Of a stretch of 37,070 nt of DNA, positions 34,665 to 37,070 are shown in pieces. The notes beneath the pieces were generated by a model. That model had not been told where the DNA came from. It did not search any database and was given only the letters and a program-made list of their open reading frames with translations. This DNA is from a virus. Lineage: Duplodnaviria > Caudoviricetes. The translations under genes and the position numbers were made by a program. The stretch is from the IMG/VR virus record IMGVR_UViG_3300040736_000110, positions 1 through 37,070 of that record, one strand, 5' to 3'. The stretch's first letter is position 1; each line of letters opens with the position of its first letter.

Positions 34665-37070
34665 TTATTCCGGGTCGGGAACGATGGCAACCACCCGGTA
34701 AAACTTAATCCCTTCCGGAAACAGGGGATTCTCCCAATCCGTGCTGACGGTATAGATAACCGGCTCAAAAACACCGTAGGGGTCGTCGGATGCCAGGATC
34801 TGGTAGCCGGTGGCACCCGGCACCGCTTCCCAGACGATCCGCCCGTCGCCTTGGATCTCCGGGATGGGAGCGGCCAGCACCGGAACAATCCGGACATCGT
34901 CCAGAAACCAGTTGGAAAACGCGTTGTGGTCACCTTCTGTTGTATAACGGACAAAAGCCACGGTAATTCCAGGCGGAAAAGGTACTTCGTGATGACCGGA
35001 GGCATTGCCGTCCGCGCTTGCGTGGATGACCACCTCATTGCCCCAGTTTTCGCCGTCGCTGCTGAATTCAACCTTGGCCGCCAGTCCCGGCGCATCCGCT
35101 ACGAAGGCATCGTCAAACGACAATCCGTAAACCACGTCTGCCAGGGTATTGAGGTGGGGCAGGACCAAACTGGATCTGCCGATGCCGGGTATGCCGGTTG
35201 CCTTTGCTTCGTTGGGAGTTCCCCCGGCATTGTTGGTGAGGGATATTGACCAGTTGTTCACCGGGATCCCGTCGCAATGGGACTGGGACCAGCCATAAGG
35301 TAGGGCCGTGCCGTCAAAGTGTTCCACAAAAGGCAGGTCAACCGACGGATCAAGTTCGATCCGGAACCAGTGCGGAGGCATGGTTCGGGCCGTGCCGTCA
35401 CCGTTGGCGGCCACAACGGTCCAATACCAGATATCTCCGTAGTTGAAAGTCAAGCCGCCCTCCGCAACAGGATTGAACTTCAGGAATGTAATGTCCGGGA
35501 AATAGAAACCGGTATCGATGTCCGCCTCCGATTGGGAGAGCAGAATGTCGTAATAGTCCGGAAAACCTCCATTCGGGTTGGGAGACCACCGCAGGTCAAA
35601 TCCCGTTCGGGGAAGCCCGGTCTGCGCATTGGCCGGGTAGGTTAGGATCGGCGGCCCGGGAGGCCCGGGCGGGGGAGGGTCGAATTCCATCAATACATTG
35701 GGACGGTTGCTGTTTAGATATCCCGTTCCCGTGGGCGGGCTTACCTGTGAGTACCAGTAATGGTTGACGTCGCCGGTACCCTGGGTATAGGTAAACTGGG
35801 GAAAAGCCGAAGTGCCATAATTGCCATAGTTGGTTTCCACCAGAATGACCAGGTTGCTGCCGGTATAGGCAAAGGGCGTGGTGAGTTCGAACACGTTCCA
35901 GCCCGGGGCGTTGAACACGTGCGTATCGTCCATCAGCAGGACCGCATCGGCGGAATAATCGCCCCAGGTCTGATTCGGCAGGCTGTTCTCATTCGTTTCC
36001 TTGGCATATATCTTGAAGGGAACCGGAGCATTGGTCCCGTAGCTGTTGTACCAGCCCAACTGGTTCAGCACTCCCTCGGTCCGGCCCAGCTCGGCGCTGC
36101 TGTACAGGGTCGCCGTCCGTTCAAAACCATAGTTCGCTCCGAAGGGCTGCCTTTGGGTTGCCGTACCGTCGCCGATTATCATGTAACCGGTTTCCAGGGT
36201 TGTAAAGCTCCAGACCGGGCAATTCTCGGCATCGCCGTTGGCATTATAGGGAACGATCTGCCAATGGTAAAGCTGCCCCTGCTCCAGCTCAGCCGGGGGA
36301 GTCCAGCTTAATGCGCCGCCGAGGTCCACAATGAAAGGTGGAGGTGTGGTCGTGCCGAAATGCAGCTTATACCCCGTCGGGTTGCCTCCGCCATCGTTCC
36401 AGCCCAGGTCCGGCAGCAATTCCATATACTCCGCCCCATCCGCAGGCGAGGGATTTTCCGCCGGCAAGGGCAGCGAAACCGCCGAGGTGGTAAACATCGT
36501 GTTGGGGCGGTTATAGCTAAGGTTGCCGTTTCCGGTGGGGAATGAGCCTTCGGAATGGTAGTATGCGCTCAGAATGTTCGGGCTCGTGGACGTGTAATGG
36601 AAACCCGGCGCTCCGCTTGCCCAGCTTCCGTCATGGTTTTCATACAGTATCTCAAGGTTGTCCGTGCCGTTCCAGGCAAAGGGCGTGGTCAGCACCAGCG
36701 TTTTCCATCCGCTGCCGTTCCAGGTGATGTTGTCGCTGAAAACCTGGGTAAATCCTGCCGTCCCCGGGTAGGACTGGTTCTGGGTCGTCGCCGACGTGTG
36801 CCGGATGTAGATCTGCTGGTTGTTCATCGTGTAATTGGAAGGGTTGTTTGCCACGTCGTAACCCAGGGAAGTGATGTTGAATCCAGCCGGCATCCCTGCC
36901 GAGGTAAGTTCGGATGCGGTGAATATCATCTTGCACCAGCTATACCCCCAGTTACCTTCAGTCGGAAGGTTATAGGTTGTGCTTGTTCCGGTCCCGATGA
37001 CGATCGACTGGGCTGAGAGGATTGCTGACAGGGAAATCAGTAATAAAATGGTCAGGGATTGTTTTTTCAT
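34665..37070 (-). CDS. Host secreted multidomain beta-rich protein (two related N-terminal domains, Fn3-like modules)
   Basis: Signal peptide MKKQSLTILLLISLSAILSA; repeated IG.GT.T...NRPN domains; Fn3-like W..Y..YW motifs; GC-richer than prophage. Confidence 0.8.
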   Translation of the reverse strand: MKKQSLTILLLISLSAILSAQSIVIGTGTSTTYNLPTEGNWGYSWCKMIFTASELTSAGMPAGFNITSLGYDVANNPSNYTMNNQQIYIRHTSATTQNQSYPGTAGFTQVFSDNITWNGSGWKTLVLTTPFAWNGTDNLEILYENHDGSWASGAPGFHYTSTSPNILSAYYHSEGSFPTGNGNLSYNRPNTMFTTSAVSLPLPAENPSPADGAEYMELLPDLGWNDGGGNPTGYKLHFGTTTPPPFIVDLGGALSWTPPAELEQGQLYHWQIVPYNANGDAENCPVWSFTTLETGYMIIGDGTATQRQPFGANYGFERTATLYSSAELGRTEGVLNQLGWYNSYGTNAPVPFKIYAKETNENSLPNQTWGDYSADAVLLMDDTHVFNAPGWNVFELTTPFAYTGSNLVILVETNYGNYGTSAFPQFTYTQGTGDVNHYWYSQVSPPTGTGYLNSNRPNVLMEFDPPPPGPPGPPILTYPANAQTGLPRTGFDLRWSPNPNGGFPDYYDILLSQSEADIDTGFYFPDITFLKFNPVAEGGLTFNYGDIWYWTVVAANGDGTARTMPPHWFRIELDPSVDLPFVEHFDGTALPYGWSQSHCDGIPVNNWSISLTNNAGGTPNEAKATGIPGIGRSSLVLPHLNTLADVVYGLSFDDAFVADAPGLAAKVEFSSDGENWGNEVVIHASADGNASGHHEVPFPPGITVAFVRYTTEGDHNAFSNWFLDDVRIVPVLAAPIPEIQGDGRIVWEAVPGATGYQILASDDPYGVFEPVIYTVSTDWENPLFPEGIKFYRVVAIVPDPE

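Noticed and set aside
34631-37016. Short ORFs overlapping the host 801-aa gene
   Set aside because: These are shadow frames in GC-rich sequence with no supporting motifs.

Overview
Most of the window (1413 to ~34380) is an integrated transposable (Mu-like) prophage read on the minus strand. The host is probably a Cloacimonadota-type bacterium, inferred from the FlgD-Ig/T9SS-like C-terminal domains of the secreted proteins. From right to left the prophage has: a putative left end; an XRE/S24 repressor; an HTH gene with an internal DNA repeat array; a DDE transposase; a MuB-like ATPase; GemA-like and DUF3164 genes; terminases; and a Mu gpF-like gene broken by an in-frame TAG. Next is a ~9.2 kb AT-richer cargo block containing a Lamassu/ABC-three-component defence operon, an FG-GAP secreted protein and a frameshifted gingipain-like C25 peptidase. 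After it come a lysozyme, neck genes, a PBSX-type portal, a protease-capsid fusion, holin-like and tail genes, a tail chaperone with a -1 frameshift, two tandem DNA adenine methyltransferases, a zinc-ribbon moron, the tape measure gene and distal tail genes. A group II intron (RT ORF plus domains V/VI, 3' end at 1412) lies antisense to the tail operon. The far right is a GC-rich host gene for a secreted protein. The most unusual features are the CCACTTGGAC array (inside a coding region and again at the phage end), a shared 27-bp motif before two late operons, the paired methyltransferases in the tail module, and host-type secreted-protein cargo inside a transposable phage. All calls come from reading motifs; no database searches were run.
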